Shown piece after piece: positions 34,916 to 48,452 of a DNA stretch of 64,000 nucleotides. Source of the DNA: Ascoidea asiatica JCM 7603 (lineage: Eukaryota; Fungi; Ascomycota); NCBI GenBank assembly GCA_001600695.1, contig BCKQ01000008.1:70453-134452 (forward strand), read 5' to 3'. The first letter of the stretch is position 1. Each line of letters opens with the position of its first letter. Under the pieces are notes generated by a model that saw only the letters and a list, made by a program, of their open reading frames with translations, searched no databases and was not told where the DNA came from. A program made the translations under genes and the position numbers.

Positions 34916-35907
34916 CTAATAATAATTTAGGTATAATTGGTTTAGAAAAAAAACAAAATGAAATTAATAATAAAAATATAAATTTAATTAAAAATTCTTC
35001 AACAGATTTAAATTCTTTAATGTTAAAAGCAAAAGATTTAATAAATTTAGCAAATTCAATAAAATATTATATTAATAATTCAAATATAACTTTAAATAAT
35101 TTAAATTCAAATGAAAATAAAATTATTATTAATGCAAAAAAATATTTAAATGAATCTGATTCTTTATTAGGTTTATCTTCAAATAATAAAAATCAATTAA
35201 TTTTTAATCATTTTATAACTACAAATAATTTTAATTTCTTAAATAAATTAAATAATAAAAATTTATATTATGATGAATTATCAAGAAATTTATCTAATTT
35301 TTTAATAAATTTTATCTTTAATAAAAAATTAAATTTAAATTTCTTAAATGATAATAATAATAATAATAATAATAATGAAAATATTTATTCTGGTGGTATA
35401 ATAACTTTAACTGATTTATATTCTTTATATAATAGATCTTTAGGTTTTAATAATAATTTAATTTCTCCATCAGATTTATTAGAATCTTGTAAAAGATTTG
35501 AATCTTTAAATTTACCTTTAATTTTAAAAAAATTCTCAAAATCAAATTTATTAGTTGTTCAAAATATTAATTTAACTGATAATATAATCTTAGAAAATTT
35601 ATTAAATTGGTTAATTAATGATTATCAAAATTTAATTTTAAATAATTTTCAATCTTATTTATTTAATAATTTAAATAATATTGGTTTAAATAATGAATTT
35701 AAATTAAATTTAATTATTTTTGATAATAAATTTAAATTTGGAATTTCAATTCAAAAATTATCTATAGATTTTAATTTAAGTATTGGAATCTTAGAAGAAA
35801 TTTTATCAATAGCCGTAAATAATGGTCAATTAATCTTAGATAAAACAATTTCTGGAATTGTTTATTATATAAATCAATTATCTGATTATAAAATTGATCC
35901 TCTATAA
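33826..35907 (+). CDS. VPS36: ESCRT-II subunit Vps36 (split GLUE with NZF fingers, EAP30 domain)
   Basis: FQNGRLYLTNYRII, GFLNSSPKLI, WICSIC..N, CKNCG, CLKCTFKNH..CELCG, GIIGLE, DLNSLM.KAKDL, LISPSDL. Confidence 0.93.
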
Positions 35908-36079
35908 AATATTAATGACAAAGGTATGATGTAATTTTTATTAAATACAATAGAATAGATTAATATAAAACAATTAAATAAAAAAAAAATAAATAGATGA
36001 TATAAAGAAAGAAAGAAAGAAAATCAATTAAATAAAACCGAATGTAAAAAAGAAATAAAAAAGTAACAAAAATATATTC

Positions 36080-38818
36080 TCATATTTTCCTTCTTGGTAA
36101 TGTATATTTCAAAAACACCTTTTGAAGTTGTCTTCTAACAGATAATTTTTGAGATCCAATAAAACTATCAACTTCAACTTTTATAGCTCTATCTAAATCA
36201 CTACTATTAACAAATTCACTTAATCTCATTTTTGCAAAAGATTCTGCAATTCTTAATATTGCTTCTAAATGTCTTACTGTTATTGCCATACTACCACTAC
36301 CAATAGATTGTTTTCTTAAATCTGCATATACTTTTGAAACTTTATCATTATCCATTTGACTTAATTTTGGTTTTATTCTTTTGGAATATTGAATATATTT
36401 ACTTAAAATTTCTTGATCAATTAATCCAAATTTATTTGGTAATTCTGATAATATTGTATCTAAACCTGAATTTTCCATATCTTGATCTTTATCTTTATCT
36501 TTATCTTGACCTTCTTCTCTATTTTTTTTACCTTCTGCTGCCATTATTGATTTAAAATGTGAATCAATAACAAATTTTGCTAATCTTTCATCTTCAACTG
36601 GATCAACTAAATCTCTTACAATACAAATTATATCAAAACGAGATAAAATTGGTTCTGTTAAATCAACATTTCTTGATAATGGCATTGAACTATTATATCT
36701 ACCACCTATTGGATTTGCAGCTGCAATTACTGAACATCTTGCTTGTAATGTTGTTACAATACCTGCTTTAGAAATTGATATACTTTGTTGTTCCATTGCT
36801 TCATGAATTGAAGTTCTATCTTGATCATGCATTTTATCAAATTCATCAATAATACATGTACCTTTATCAGCTAAAACTAATGCACCACCTTCTAAAGACC
36901 ATTCATTTGTAACTGGATCTTTTCTTACAGAAGCTGTTAAACCAACACCTGAAGCTCCTTGACCTGTTGAATAAACAGCACGATGAGCAGTTTTTTCAAC
37001 ATATTTTAAAATTTGAGATTTTGCAGTACCTGGATCACCAAGTAATAAAACATTAATATCACCTCTAATTTGATGTTTACCATTAATATCTTTTGCAACA
37101 CCACCAAATAATGAACAAGCAATTGCAGTTTTAATATTTCTATGACCATAAATTGAAGGAGCTATTGAATTTATAATTTTTTCTATAATTCCTTTTTCTT
37201 TTGACATTCTTCTAAATAAAGTTTCTTCTTCTTCAGAATATCTAAAAATATCTAAATTTTTATCTAAAATTGAACCATCATAAATTTTTCTTTCATCACC
37301 AGAATCTGTATGACTACTTGTACTACCATCAACTTGAACAGAATTTGCTTCAATAATAGTTGCAAAAACTGGAAAACCATTTTTTGCATTTAAATAACCA
37401 TTATAACTATTTTTATAAACTCCAGTAATTGAAACTAATTGACCAGGTTTTGCACAATCAACTAAATCCCATAATAATATAACTTCTTTATGACGTGGTA
37501 ATCTACCAGCAGGTACAGAACCTGGAGGTTCTTGAATTGTAATTTGTTGATAATTTGAATAAGTTGTAACTTCAGTATTTAATTTAAATGGACCTCTTGA
37601 ATGACAATTACTACAAAAAGAAACTTTAACTTCTTGATTTGAATCTTGAAAATAAGGACCTAAAACTACACCACATTTTGTACAATCAAATTTTAAATAT
37701 TTTAATTGTGGAAAAACTCCAGTTCTTCTAGTTACAACTCCAGAAACTTTAACTAAAGAATTTAAATGATTTTCTCTTAATTCTCTTAAATTAAATAAAT
37801 TTGGAGAAAAATTAACAATTCTTACATGAATATCAGAATGAATTTGAGAATATTCAGAATAATGTAATTCAATACATTCTAAAGCAATTTGATCAAAAAT
37901 TCTTAAAATTTCTTCAGGAGATGTTGATAAAAAAAATGCTAAAATTGGTTTTGAATTAATTAAATGTTGATAATTAACTTCTAAAGATTCAGAATTAATT
38001 TCACCTAATAATTTTATTTGAGCACCATAATAAGATCTACCTTTTTCATCAGTATATTCAACTAAAAAAGATTTTAATTCTCTTGCAATTGATCTACTCA
38101 CAGGTGGAGATAAAATCCATTCAGTTATTGAAGGAGCTTTAACTTCACTTAATTCTTCTAAAGTTAATTCATGAGATAAAGGATCATTATCAATATAATC
38201 ATCATCATCATCATCTAAATTATCAAAATTTTCTTGATCAAAATTTCTTCTACGTTTTTGTTGTTTTGGTAAACCATATTGATCTAAATTTTCATTATTA
38301 TTATCATTATCATCATCATCATCATCTAAGAGACCTTGAGTTAAACCATTAAATCTTGAATTTGATTTATTTAAAATTTTATCTCTTTTATTTAATAAAT
38401 TATCAATTCTTCTTCTTGAAGATAAATCTAAATTATTTAAATTATTTGAATTATCATCATCAATATAATTTGAATCATAATGATCAAGTTCATCAATACC
38501 TTTATAATCATTTTCCATATTATCAGCAAATAAATCTATACCATCTTGATCTTCAGCTCTTTCTTCTAAATCATCTATATCATTAATAATTTCTCTATCA
38601 TCTTCTTCTAATGGAAAACCAGGAGAAGAAGGAGGTAAATTATTAATATCATGATGATGATTATGATTATGACTATGATTATTAAGGTTAGAATCTTGAG
38701 TTGAAGGAATTGGAGAGGAACCAATACTTGATAAAGCTGAATTTAATTCAATATCATCATCATCATAATCATTATCTAATTGAGAGACTTGTCTTTTTCT
38801 TCTTCTATTATCTGACAT
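36080..38818 (-). CDS. MCM2: DNA replication licensing factor Mcm2
   Basis: GVVTRRTGVFPQL, C4 zinc finger, GDPGTAKSQILKY, IDEFDKM, ILSRFD, acidic histone-binding N-terminus. Confidence 0.98.
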   Translation of the reverse strand: MSDNRRRKRQVSQLDNDYDDDDIELNSALSSIGSSPIPSTQDSNLNNHSHNHNHHHDINNLPPSSPGFPLEEDDREIINDIDDLEERAEDQDGIDLFADNMENDYKGIDELDHYDSNYIDDDNSNNLNNLDLSSRRRIDNLLNKRDKILNKSNSRFNGLTQGLLDDDDDDNDNNNENLDQYGLPKQQKRRRNFDQENFDNLDDDDDDYIDNDPLSHELTLEELSEVKAPSITEWILSPPVSRSIARELKSFLVEYTDEKGRSYYGAQIKLLGEINSESLEVNYQHLINSKPILAFFLSTSPEEILRIFDQIALECIELHYSEYSQIHSDIHVRIVNFSPNLFNLRELRENHLNSLVKVSGVVTRRTGVFPQLKYLKFDCTKCGVVLGPYFQDSNQEVKVSFCSNCHSRGPFKLNTEVTTYSNYQQITIQEPPGSVPAGRLPRHKEVILLWDLVDCAKPGQLVSITGVYKNSYNGYLNAKNGFPVFATIIEANSVQVDGSTSSHTDSGDERKIYDGSILDKNLDIFRYSEEEETLFRRMSKEKGIIEKIINSIAPSIYGHRNIKTAIACSLFGGVAKDINGKHQIRGDINVLLLGDPGTAKSQILKYVEKTAHRAVYSTGQGASGVGLTASVRKDPVTNEWSLEGGALVLADKGTCIIDEFDKMHDQDRTSIHEAMEQQSISISKAGIVTTLQARCSVIAAANPIGGRYNSSMPLSRNVDLTEPILSRFDIICIVRDLVDPVEDERLAKFVIDSHFKSIMAAEGKKNREEGQDKDKDKDQDMENSGLDTILSELPNKFGLIDQEILSKYIQYSKRIKPKLSQMDNDKVSKVYADLRKQSIGSGSMAITVRHLEAILRIAESFAKMRLSEFVNSSDLDRAIKVEVDSFIGSQKLSVRRQLQKVFLKYTLPRRKI

Positions 38819-39047
38819 TTTGTTATTATGTTAAATGATATATTAAGGAGTAGAAGTAATTGAATATATGATTAAGAAAAGAAATATCTATTAAATATCC
38901 AAATAATATAATATAATATAATATAATTGTCAATTCTAATTCTTATTTGGTAAAAATTCAATTCAATAGTTTCATCAACTTTATTAAATCCATTTCTTTT
39001 TTGTTTTATTTGTTTTATTTCAAAGTTTCAAAGTTTCAAGTTTGGAA

Positions 39048-39123
39048 ACGCGTAAAAAATAAAATAAATTCAAAAATACGCGTCAAAAAAAAGGAATTAA
39101 AAAATGTTTCAAAAATTACGCGT
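39048..39123. promoter_or_regulatory. Three MCB (ACGCGT) elements upstream of MCM2
   Basis: ACGCGT at 39048, 39078 and 39118, 230-305 bp upstream of the ATG. Confidence 0.85.
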
Positions 39124-39360
39124 TTTCAGTTGGTAACTATGAATGCTGAACGGAGAGTGCTTGAAAAAGGAGAAAAAAAAAGATTGTTAACGTTACTGAA
39201 AGAAGGTGATTAATTCACAGAGTTCGACAGTGAAGAAAGAAGAAAGAAGAAAGTGAAGAGAAGAGAAGAAGATGTTTAATTGATTGTAGGGAATATAGAA
39301 AATATATAATATATAATATATAATATATAATATATAATATATATAATTTAAAATATAAAA

Positions 39361-39561
39361 CTATAGAACAGTTCTTTGAGTATGATTATTTGAATTACCT
39401 GGATAATTGGATAATTCTATTGAATTTTGATTATTATTGTTATTATTATTATTATTATAATAATCAGAATTTTCACCACCAGAATTAGTTGAAGCTATAT
39501 TAGAAGCAGGATTATAAGAAGTATCTTTTTTATAATCATTTGTATCATATAAAGTTGTAGA

Positions 39562-39604
<43 letters not shown>

Positions 39605-40137
39605 GTATTAAAAGGGTTTAAATTTGAATTTGAATTTGAATTTGTTGAAATTTCATTATAATAATTTGGAGTTTCATCTTTTGGTGGATACATATTTGGA
39701 TTTGCTAATGGAGTAAATTTTGGTTTTGATTTTTTATTAAAGAAATTATTAAATTGATGATTTGAATCATTATTTATATCTCTTTTATTTTTATTATTAT
39801 TATTACAACAACATGAACAACATTTTATAAAACAACAACATAAAGCAGAAATACAAGTTACACCATAACAACAAACTTGAATTATTGTACTTAATAACCA
39901 AAGAATTAATAAACCTGCAATTATACATAAAGCTATTACAACCCATTTACAAGTTGTATTTTCTTTACATGTACTCCAACTTTTAAAAGAATCTGCAGTT
40001 GATACAGTTGAATCATAAGCATTTTCAACACTACTTGCAGTATCAACAGCATTTGCAAAAGAATCTCTTATTACTAAACCAATTTTATTTGGACATAAAA
40101 TATCCTTTTTTTGAAAAATTTCATATGGAATATACAT
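39361..40137 (-). CDS. PIN2: Pin2-like single-pass membrane protein with Cys cluster and Asn-rich tail
   Basis: SFKSWSTCKENTTCKWVVI matches Pin2 SFRSWDTCMDNKACKII. TM followed by a Cys-rich segment. Next to VAM3 as in S. cerevisiae. Confidence 0.8.
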
Positions 40138-41564
40138 TATAGATTATATTATAGATCAGATAAGATAAGATAAGATAAGATAAGATATAAGTAATATGTT
40201 ACTACGGTTGTAAGTAAGTAATAAATACGTTTATAGTAAATTAATAAAGAATAATTGACTTATATTTATCTTTATATATGTTTCTATTATATTTATATAT
40301 GAATAATAATCCAGAAATAGATTTGAAAATAGATTTGAAAATAGATTTGAAAATAGATTTAGAAATAGTTTGAAAAGAGAAGAAATTAACTTTGACAAAG
40401 TTCCCTTTAAATTGGAATAAATAAAAAAGTGAGATAAAAAAAGAAAGAAAGAAACTGAGGAAGTGCGGTTTGAACAGGGGGCAGTGCATGGCCCGAGTAC
40501 TATTTACACTGCAGCGGGGCTTTGGAAAGACATACTTAACAGCAGTAGGCGCAGGAAAGATAAGAGAAACGTCCCGAATAAAGCAGGGTGTTTATAGTCG
40601 GAGAAGTAAAAAGACCTTCTTTATGGTGAATATAGCCTCGATGGAAGAATAAATAAATATACCATAAGAATAATAAAGAAAGTAAATGGTAATGGTAATG
40701 GTAATGGTAATGGTGATGGTGAGTCCAAATAATCAAGCTCGGTTTGAAATAGAATAAAATTATGATTTGCATTTTGCTTTGCTACTTTCAGGGGGCTTTT
40801 AAAACAGTTTCTTCAATCATCAAAAAGATCAGAAATAGAGGAGCAGTCTCTGAAGACAATAATGACTTTATCTGCTGGTGGTGGAGACAATGGAGATGGT
40901 GGTGGTGGTGGTGGTGGATATCACTCAGCCATTGACGTGAGTAGCAGCTGTTGCAGTTGTTCCTTCATAAGAAAGTGAAGAAACAAAGTGCAAATGCGAC
41001 AATCTTCCATTTTGTGTTTTGTGTTTTGAGAGTCAAGATCGGGGTGACGTGTCGAAGTGCGTGCAAAGATGCGTGCCGTTGTGCGTTTGAAAGTGCGTTT
41101 GTTTATGTTGCCTAAACAAGTAATATGTTTATTGATGTATATCCACTTTATTATATGTATTTGTTACTGATACCAACATCAAACCACGCCACTTCCTCTT
41201 TAGGCAATGCCCGATTTGGGTCTGAATTCTCTCGAGTCTAAAACACAGCACTAAAATAAAAAAAGGTGATAAAAGAAGAAAGATAACAAAAGAATAACAA
41301 AAGAATATTAAATAATAAATAATAATACAAAATAAATAGGATCAATTGTTATCAAATATATAAAACTACTTACAATCACCATCAATAGGAGTTATTCTCT
41401 TTTAATACAATATTATATATCACTTGCTCTTCATTTTCCTAATACTTAATCAATCTATCAGTTAATCAATCAGTTAGTTAATCAATAAGTCAATAAATTC
41501 TCAATTGCTAAACATTCTCTTATTCAATCAATATATAATCGAAAATAATCAAAATTAATCAATA

Positions 41565-42581
41565 ATGTCATTTGCAGATTTAGATATACAATCTCAAAAT
41601 AGATCATTATCAAATTCAACAAATTTATTATCATCAAATTCAAATTCAAATTCAAATACAAAACCTCCAATAATTAATAATAAAACTAATAAAGAAAATA
41701 AAAATTCAAATAGTGAAATAATTTTAAAAATTTCAAATCTTTTAAATGAATTTGCAAATAATATATCTAATTTAGAAAGATTAAATAATCAATTAGGTAC
41801 AAAAAGAGATAATATAAATTTAAGAAATTTAATAGAAAATTATTTATCAAATTCAAATTTAAATTTAAATAATTCTAAAAATTTATTATTTAATTTACAA
41901 ATTATTTCAAATAATAATACCAATAACAATAACAATAACAATAACAATAACAATAATAATAATAATACTAAACAATCATTACTTTTATCTAAATTACAAA
42001 AAGAATTTAATAATTTAAATTTACAATTCAATAAAATTAAAAGAAATTATAATGAAAAAAAAAATTCAGTTATTTTAAATCAAATTGTTAATCAAAATAC
42101 TAAATCTAATAATAATAATAACAATAACAATAATAATAATGACGAAAATAAAACTGCTTTATTAGATGAAGAAGAAAATGAAAATGAAAATAAGACTTTA
42201 AAATCTCAAAATCAAAATGAACAAACTCCACTTTTAATAAATAATCAACAAGAACAATATGGTCAAATTGTTAATCAATATGATTTAGATTATCATACTT
42301 TATTAGTACAACAAAGAAATGATGAATTATCAAATATTCATCAAGGTGTTGAAGAAGTTAATGCAATTTTTAAAGATTTATCTTCTTTAGTTCAAGAACA
42401 AGGTTTACAAATTGATACTGTTGAAAATAATTTAATGCAATATAATGATAATACTCAAATTGCTTCTCATGAATTAATTAAAGCTGATAATTTTCAAAAA
42501 AAGAAAAAAAAATTTTCATGTATTGTACTTTTAATATTATCTATAATTTTATTTTTAATAATTTTAGCTGTTTTAAGTTAA
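41565..42581 (+). CDS. VAM3: Vacuolar Qa-SNARE (syntaxin)
   Basis: QLGTKRD Habc motif, acidic dileucine EQTPLL, SNARE motif VNAIFKDLSSLVQEQG..IDTVENN, C-terminal TM. Confidence 0.82.
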   Translation: MSFADLDIQSQNRSLSNSTNLLSSNSNSNSNTKPPIINNKTNKENKNSNSEIILKISNLLNEFANNISNLERLNNQLGTKRDNINLRNLIENYLSNSNLNLNNSKNLLFNLQIISNNNTNNNNNNNNNNNNNNNTKQSLLLSKLQKEFNNLNLQFNKIKRNYNEKKNSVILNQIVNQNTKSNNNNNNNNNNNDENKTALLDEEENENENKTLKSQNQNEQTPLLINNQQEQYGQIVNQYDLDYHTLLVQQRNDELSNIHQGVEEVNAIFKDLSSLVQEQGLQIDTVENNLMQYNDNTQIASHELIKADNFQKKKKKFSCIVLLILSIILFLIILAVLS

Positions 42582-42678
42582 TAAATAATTTAATTAAAAT
42601 AAATTAATTTTACAATTTATATTATACACTAATTATGATATCTTAAAAAAATATCATAATACTAAAATAAAGAAACTA

Positions 42679-42680
<2 letters not shown>

Positions 42681-42720
<40 letters not shown>
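42681..42720 (+). repeat. Poly(A) tract, 40 nt
   Basis: Read directly; lies between the convergent VAM3 and SET1 3' ends. Confidence 0.95.
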
Positions 42721-42722
<2 letters not shown>

Positions 42723-42996
42723 TTATATACTGTATATATATATATATATAAAATTTGCTAAGCATTAAATATTAATTAGTAAACAATAATTGATGAAGGA
42801 TAAAAATCATAAATAATGAACAATAAACAGTAAATAATAAACAATAAATAAATAAATAAACAAATAAATAAATAACTGAGAATGAATAACTAATAATAAA
42901 AATAAATGAAAAAATATGCAAAATACTTTTTTTTAACAAGATAAAAAACAAAAATAAAAATAAAATAAAAATAAAACAAAAATTGATTGAATTTTC

Positions 42997-45900
42997 TTAA
43001 TTCAAAAATCCTTTACATCCAACTGATCCACATAAACATCGAATTCTTTCTTCATCATTGGTTTCTCTTTCAAATTTATAATCATAAGTTAATTCTTCAT
43101 TTGCTTTTATATCTCTTAAAGCATAAATAACAATACGTTTTTGTCCATCAACTTTAATAATTTTTGCTGTACAACTTGGTGTACAACAATGATTTATAAA
43201 TCTTGCAATTCCACCCTTTTTTGTAGCATCAATAACTGTTTGATCATCAATTCTAAATAAATAACTTGATCCAATTCCTGATTTAATATATTGCCTTTCT
43301 CTAATTTCTGCAACTGCTTGTCTTATACTTTCTCCAACATATTCAATTATCATTTCTTTTTTTGCTATTGGTTCTAATGCATAAAGTCCCCAATTATGAA
43401 TAGCTGATCTTGCAAATGAAACTGGTTTTTTTCTTTTATTTAATTGATTTAATTTTAAAATATCTGTTTCATAATTAGCTGTAAAATCTGCTGCAAATCT
43501 TCTATTATTTGCTCTATTAACTCTAGAACTTTGAATATTTGTATTTAATTCTTTACCATCTTCATCTTGAATTGTTGTTAATGGTATATTTTTATGAATT
43601 TTACGACGATGAGGTAAATATAAACTTTTAAGTGAATCATCAATTTTTTTATAACCTTCACTTCTAGCTGATCCAGTTTTATTTTTTAATTCTTCATAAA
43701 GTTCTGCATTTTTTTCAATTTCTTCTCTTTGTTCTTTCATTATTTCAATAGCTTTATTATTAAACAGAGAATATTTATGAATAGTTGTAAAAGTTTCTGT
43801 AAGAATCTTCTTTTTATTTGAAAAATAATATGTAGGATCATCATATTCTTTTGATGGATTAACATCTTTCATTACTTCTTTCATTAATTCTAAATCTTCA
43901 TTATCTGTGATTATATTTTTAAGATTACTTAAATTCAATTTGAAATCTGAAGAAACTGGAGGAATTACAGTATGTGGACTATTTGAATAATCTGGTAGAA
44001 ATCTTTTAGATACCCCATAAAACTGATCATCTTCCAGTATATTATCAGTAGATGCTTTTGGTTTGATTTTATCTTCTTCTATAATTTCCTTTTCAAAAGA
44101 ACTTTTTATATTAACTTGATTTTTAACCGTAGGTTTTATGATCTTTTTCGCCACTTTTTTAACACTTTTCTTAATTTTTTTATCAACTTTGTTTTTCACT
44201 TCTTTGGAAACTAATGTATCTTTTTCTGATTCAATCTTTTTTCTTGACTCAACTTTATCTGAAGTTGAAAAATCATTTTCCACTATTTCTTTTGATTTTA
44301 TCTGGATAACATAATCTTTATTAGAAATAAGTTTTTCTTCAGGAGATGTTGGAATTGATTCATCTGTAGGTTTTTCAAAAGAAGAAACTGAATTTTTGTT
44401 CTTTTCTTCATCTTCATTTGAATCCTTAATGATAATATTAGATGCTGTTTTTATTTTATGATCACCTATCCTATTATCATGATGATTATTATTGTTATCA
44501 TAAACATCTTCTTCTTCTTCCACATCATCATCCTCATCGTCGTCATCATCCTCATCATCATCTTCATCAGAGGAATACATAAAAGACATATTTCTTTTTC
44601 TCCTCTTAGTAAGTGGAGATCCTTGAGATTTTCTCTTAGATGATACTGTTTTCTTCTCGTTTGGAGAGCTTCTGGAGCTCGATGAAATTTGTTCTTCATC
44701 ATCTGTAAAATTTAGTGACACATTAACCATATCATTTCTTGATCTTTTCTTAGAAGCAATTTCATCACGCTTGGATCTACGAATACTTTTAAAGTTAGAT
44801 GACGTTGATATTCTTCTTCTCTTTCCTTGAATTTTATCCTCTGGACTTTCTTTTAGTATTCTTTTCTTTTTTCTAAAACTTGGTAATGAAGGTAATTTCA
44901 ATTTTGAAGGGAGTATGGAAAATACATCCTCACCCATATCATAATTAGGAATTGGTGTTCCAGTAGTACTTTTCAGATCAACTCCACTTTCTTCATTATC
45001 TTCAATACACTTCTTTTCTAATAATTTTTTTTCCATTTTTTCTTTTTCTTCTTTTATATAATTTTCTTTCATTGATTGAAATTTATCACCCTTTAAATAA
45101 TTAAATATAATTGAATTTATAGTTCTTTGTCTAATGTTCATATTCAAAGAATTCCCTAAATCTTTTAAAATCAAATCTGTTGCTTCTGATACAGGATCTC
45201 TTTTAATGATAACTGGAGCTAATGGAACTTTTAATTTTTTTTCTGTTTTATTTTTCGAAATGACAATTTTTTCTGGCATATAAATCTCCATTTTTAAACG
45301 ATATTTTGTTATTCTTTGATCATTTTCATTATTAAAACATCTTTTTGCTTCTTTTGGATTATTAAATATTATAATAAAACATTTATCAGGATCTGCAATT
45401 ATTTTAGCCCATTCATAAGATGCCAATCTACCTTTCATTTGCTTTATTGGTACATTTTCTAAAGGAACAAATTTTGTGCTTATTGCAATATATGCTCTAT
45501 TATTAATGACATTTTTTACATTCAAAGAGATAATTTCATTTAAATCTTTTAATAATGCTTGATTTCTTTTTTTTTCAAAGTTTGGAAGTGTTCCTATTGA
45601 ACTTATAGCATTAGCTAAACTCATAAGATCTTTTTCATCTGTTCTTTCTTTTATTAATAATTCACTTTTTAATAAATCTGATTCGATTAAATGAGATTTT
45701 TTTGAAAGTGAATTTAAAATGTTAAAATTTGATGAAGAACCCAAATTTATTGGAGCTTGATGAATTTGTTTTGATTTTTCTAATAATCTTTCCATTTTTA
45801 ATAAACTTTTCTTTTTTTCTTCTTCTAATTTTTTTAATCTTTGAAAAAATTCTTTTCTTTTTTTTTCAATTTCTAATTTTTTAATTTTTTCTAATTCTTG

Positions 45901-47655
45901 TTTTTTAGCTTTATCTAAATGCTTTTTTCTTTCTTGAAAATATTTTATTGCAACTTCTGATCTTTTTTCTAATAATTTATTTTTTGAATTATTTATACCA
46001 AATTGAATAGAACTATTTTCTATATTTAATTTATCTTTTAAATCTAACATAGCTTCAATACAAGATCTATAACCTTTAACAGGATCATTTTCATTATCAA
46101 ATTTTAATGAAGCAACACCTAATGGAGTTGCAGAAATTGGATCTAAGATCATTTTAAATTCAATAATTTTACCATATTTTGTGAAATAATTTCTCAATAA
46201 AGTATGATTAAGATTTTTTGGAAAATTCCAAACAATTAGATTATTTGAATATGGTTTATTAATATTTTTTGATTTATTAAATTTATGAAATGGTAAAGTT
46301 AAAGATTTAAATAAATTTTTTGATTTTGAATATTTTGAAATTTTTTTAATATATGCATTTGTATTTGAATGAGAATTAATTTTTGAATTTAAATAAGATA
46401 ATCTTGGATCAATTAATTTTAAATTTTTAGAATCTCCTTTAAATCTAAATATTGGTTTATTTGAATTTAAATTTGAATTTGAATTTAAATTATGTTTATT
46501 TAATTTATTTAATTCTGGATCAAAGATTAAATTATAATTTTTTCTTTCTTTTTCATTATTATTTTGATCATTTTTTTCAAGATTATTTGAAATTATTAAT
46601 GGAATTAAAGATTCATTTTGTTTATGTATTTGATTTGAAATTTTAGAGTCATTATAATAATTTAAATCTATTAGGTCTTTATTATGAAAAGGTTGTTTAG
46701 TTTTAGTAATAGTTCTTGGAATAATTTTTGGAATAGTTTTTGTAATATTTGTAGTTGAATTTTTTCTAATTGTTGAAATATCAATTCTGAAAATTTCAGG
46801 TTTTTTATTTGATTGAGAACCCAGCATTGCTTTTGGAGCATTTGGAGTTTTTAGTTTAGTTATCGAAGTGTTTGAATATTTAGTTGAAATTGAAGTTGAG
46901 GTTGAAGTTGAAGTTGAAGTAGAAGTTGAAGTAGAAGTAGAAGTAGAAGTAGAAGTGGAAGTTGGGGATGTGATTGAATTTGAGAATATAGAAGAATGAG
47001 TTGAAGAATGATTAGAAGAGCTTAATGAATTAGATGAATTCGATTTAGAATTTGGATTATTATTATCTTTTTTATGAGAAGGTATATAAATATCAGGTTT
47101 TCTTCTTATATTCATGTTCATATTCATATTCATGTTAATTTTAGTATTGTTATTTACATTATTATTTATATCATTAGATTTCTTAGAAATATTTTTATTT
47201 GGAATATAAACATCAGGTTTTTTCCTTAAATTATAAGAATTATAGGAATTATAAGAATTATATGAGTTATATGAGCTATGAGGATTATGAGAATTATGAG
47301 AATTATGAGAATTATGAGAATTCATTCCATAATAATTATTATTGTTATTATTACCATTAGCATTTGTTTTATTATTGAATGAATGATTATTTAATTGACT
47401 TTTACTTCTTTGATAAGAATTTATAGATAAAGAAGAAGAATTTGAATAAGAATCATTTAAATAATCATCATTTTCAAAAGAGTTATTTACATTCTTCATT
47501 TTATAATTAATTTGATCTATACTAGAATTAGAATCGTTATTAAGATTAGGATTATTATTAGTAGTAATATTATTGTTATCTTTGTTATCTTTGTTATTAT
47601 TGTTATTATTGTTATTATTGTTATTATTGCTATTATAATAATCGTAATCCACCAT
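42997..47655 (-). CDS. SET1: Histone H3K4 methyltransferase
   Basis: RRM region, n-[12 protein letters not shown] and [14 protein letters not shown] domain [13 protein letters not shown]...[11 protein letters not shown]...ELTYDY, post-[16 protein letters not shown]. Confidence 0.98.
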   Translation of the reverse strand: MVDYDYYNSNNNNNNNNNNNNKDNKDNNNITTNNNPNLNNDSNSSIDQINYKMKNVNNSFENDDYLNDSYSNSSSLSINSYQRSKSQLNNHSFNNKTNANGNNNNNNYYGMNSHNSHNSHNSHNPHSSYNSYNSYNSYNSYNLRKKPDVYIPNKNISKKSNDINNNVNNNTKINMNMNMNMNIRRKPDIYIPSHKKDNNNPNSKSNSSNSLSSSNHSSTHSSIFSNSITSPTSTSTSTSTSTSTSTSTSTSTSTSISTKYSNTSITKLKTPNAPKAMLGSQSNKKPEIFRIDISTIRKNSTTNITKTIPKIIPRTITKTKQPFHNKDLIDLNYYNDSKISNQIHKQNESLIPLIISNNLEKNDQNNNEKERKNYNLIFDPELNKLNKHNLNSNSNLNSNKPIFRFKGDSKNLKLIDPRLSYLNSKINSHSNTNAYIKKISKYSKSKNLFKSLTLPFHKFNKSKNINKPYSNNLIVWNFPKNLNHTLLRNYFTKYGKIIEFKMILDPISATPLGVASLKFDNENDPVKGYRSCIEAMLDLKDKLNIENSSIQFGINNSKNKLLEKRSEVAIKYFQERKKHLDKAKKQELEKIKKLEIEKKRKEFFQRLKKLEEEKKKSLLKMERLLEKSKQIHQAPINLGSSSNFNILNSLSKKSHLIESDLLKSELLIKERTDEKDLMSLANAISSIGTLPNFEKKRNQALLKDLNEIISLNVKNVINNRAYIAISTKFVPLENVPIKQMKGRLASYEWAKIIADPDKCFIIIFNNPKEAKRCFNNENDQRITKYRLKMEIYMPEKIVISKNKTEKKLKVPLAPVIIKRDPVSEATDLILKDLGNSLNMNIRQRTINSIIFNYLKGDKFQSMKENYIKEEKEKMEKKLLEKKCIEDNEESGVDLKSTTGTPIPNYDMGEDVFSILPSKLKLPSLPSFRKKKRILKESPEDKIQGKRRRISTSSNFKSIRRSKRDEIASKKRSRNDMVNVSLNFTDDEEQISSSSRSSPNEKKTVSSKRKSQGSPLTKRRKRNMSFMYSSDEDDDEDDDDDEDDDVEEEEDVYDNNNNHHDNRIGDHKIKTASNIIIKDSNEDEEKNKNSVSSFEKPTDESIPTSPEEKLISNKDYVIQIKSKEIVENDFSTSDKVESRKKIESEKDTLVSKEVKNKVDKKIKKSVKKVAKKIIKPTVKNQVNIKSSFEKEIIEEDKIKPKASTDNILEDDQFYGVSKRFLPDYSNSPHTVIPPVSSDFKLNLSNLKNIITDNEDLELMKEVMKDVNPSKEYDDPTYYFSNKKKILTETFTTIHKYSLFNNKAIEIMKEQREEIEKNAELYEELKNKTGSARSEGYKKIDDSLKSLYLPHRRKIHKNIPLTTIQDEDGKELNTNIQSSRVNRANNRRFAADFTANYETDILKLNQLNKRKKPVSFARSAIHNWGLYALEPIAKKEMIIEYVGESIRQAVAEIRERQYIKSGIGSSYLFRIDDQTVIDATKKGGIARFINHCCTPSCTAKIIKVDGQKRIVIYALRDIKANEELTYDYKFERETNDEERIRCLCGSVGCKGFLN

Positions 47656-48452
47656 TATAAGTTATTTATTATTGGAAGAACTTGAATATATAATTATAAA
47701 TATAATTGAATTGAAAGATATCAAATAAACAATAGAAAAGTCTTCATTAAGATAATAAAATACACTTCAATGACAATATTTATATTATTATTATAAGCAA
47801 TGTGAATGATTCTATTTTAATTTATCTAAAGTCGATTGATTATAATATAATATAATAATCTATTATATTTTATTATATTCTTTTCTATTCTATTTTATAT
47901 TTACTTATTTACTTATTTATTTATTTTATTTTATCTTATTCTAATTTTCTAATTCTTAAACCATCTCTGATAAAAAATACAATTTTATTCTCGAGCCTTG
48001 ATTTCTTTTTACCACTTGCAGAATTCTTCCTGTTGCTGTTGCCGGCGCTGAACAACAATCTTGTCTAGTTTTGCGTTGCAACAATTCTGTCAACGCAGCG
48101 CAAGAGCGTCACTAGCGCAAACAGCGTGCAAAACAACAAATGGCACGCTGCAATTTCGAAAAAGCCCGGTTATCGCGCGCTGCGTTAAATCCTTCGCAAA
48201 ACTTGTTTATGCACGCGTTTTCAAAAATTTATAGTTTTGCACTGTGTCCGGAATTAAATATCCGGAATTTGCAAGCCCTTGGAATCTGTCCTGGAATTGT
48301 CACTTCCGGTATTCTCTCGTCCTAAATAAATACTCAAATAAATCATCGAAATAAAAATCAGAGATCAAATTATTAAAATTATTTGTTTATTGAAGAAGAA
48401 GAATAAAATGAAATTAATGAAAAGTTATAAAGAATAAGAATAACAATAAGAA

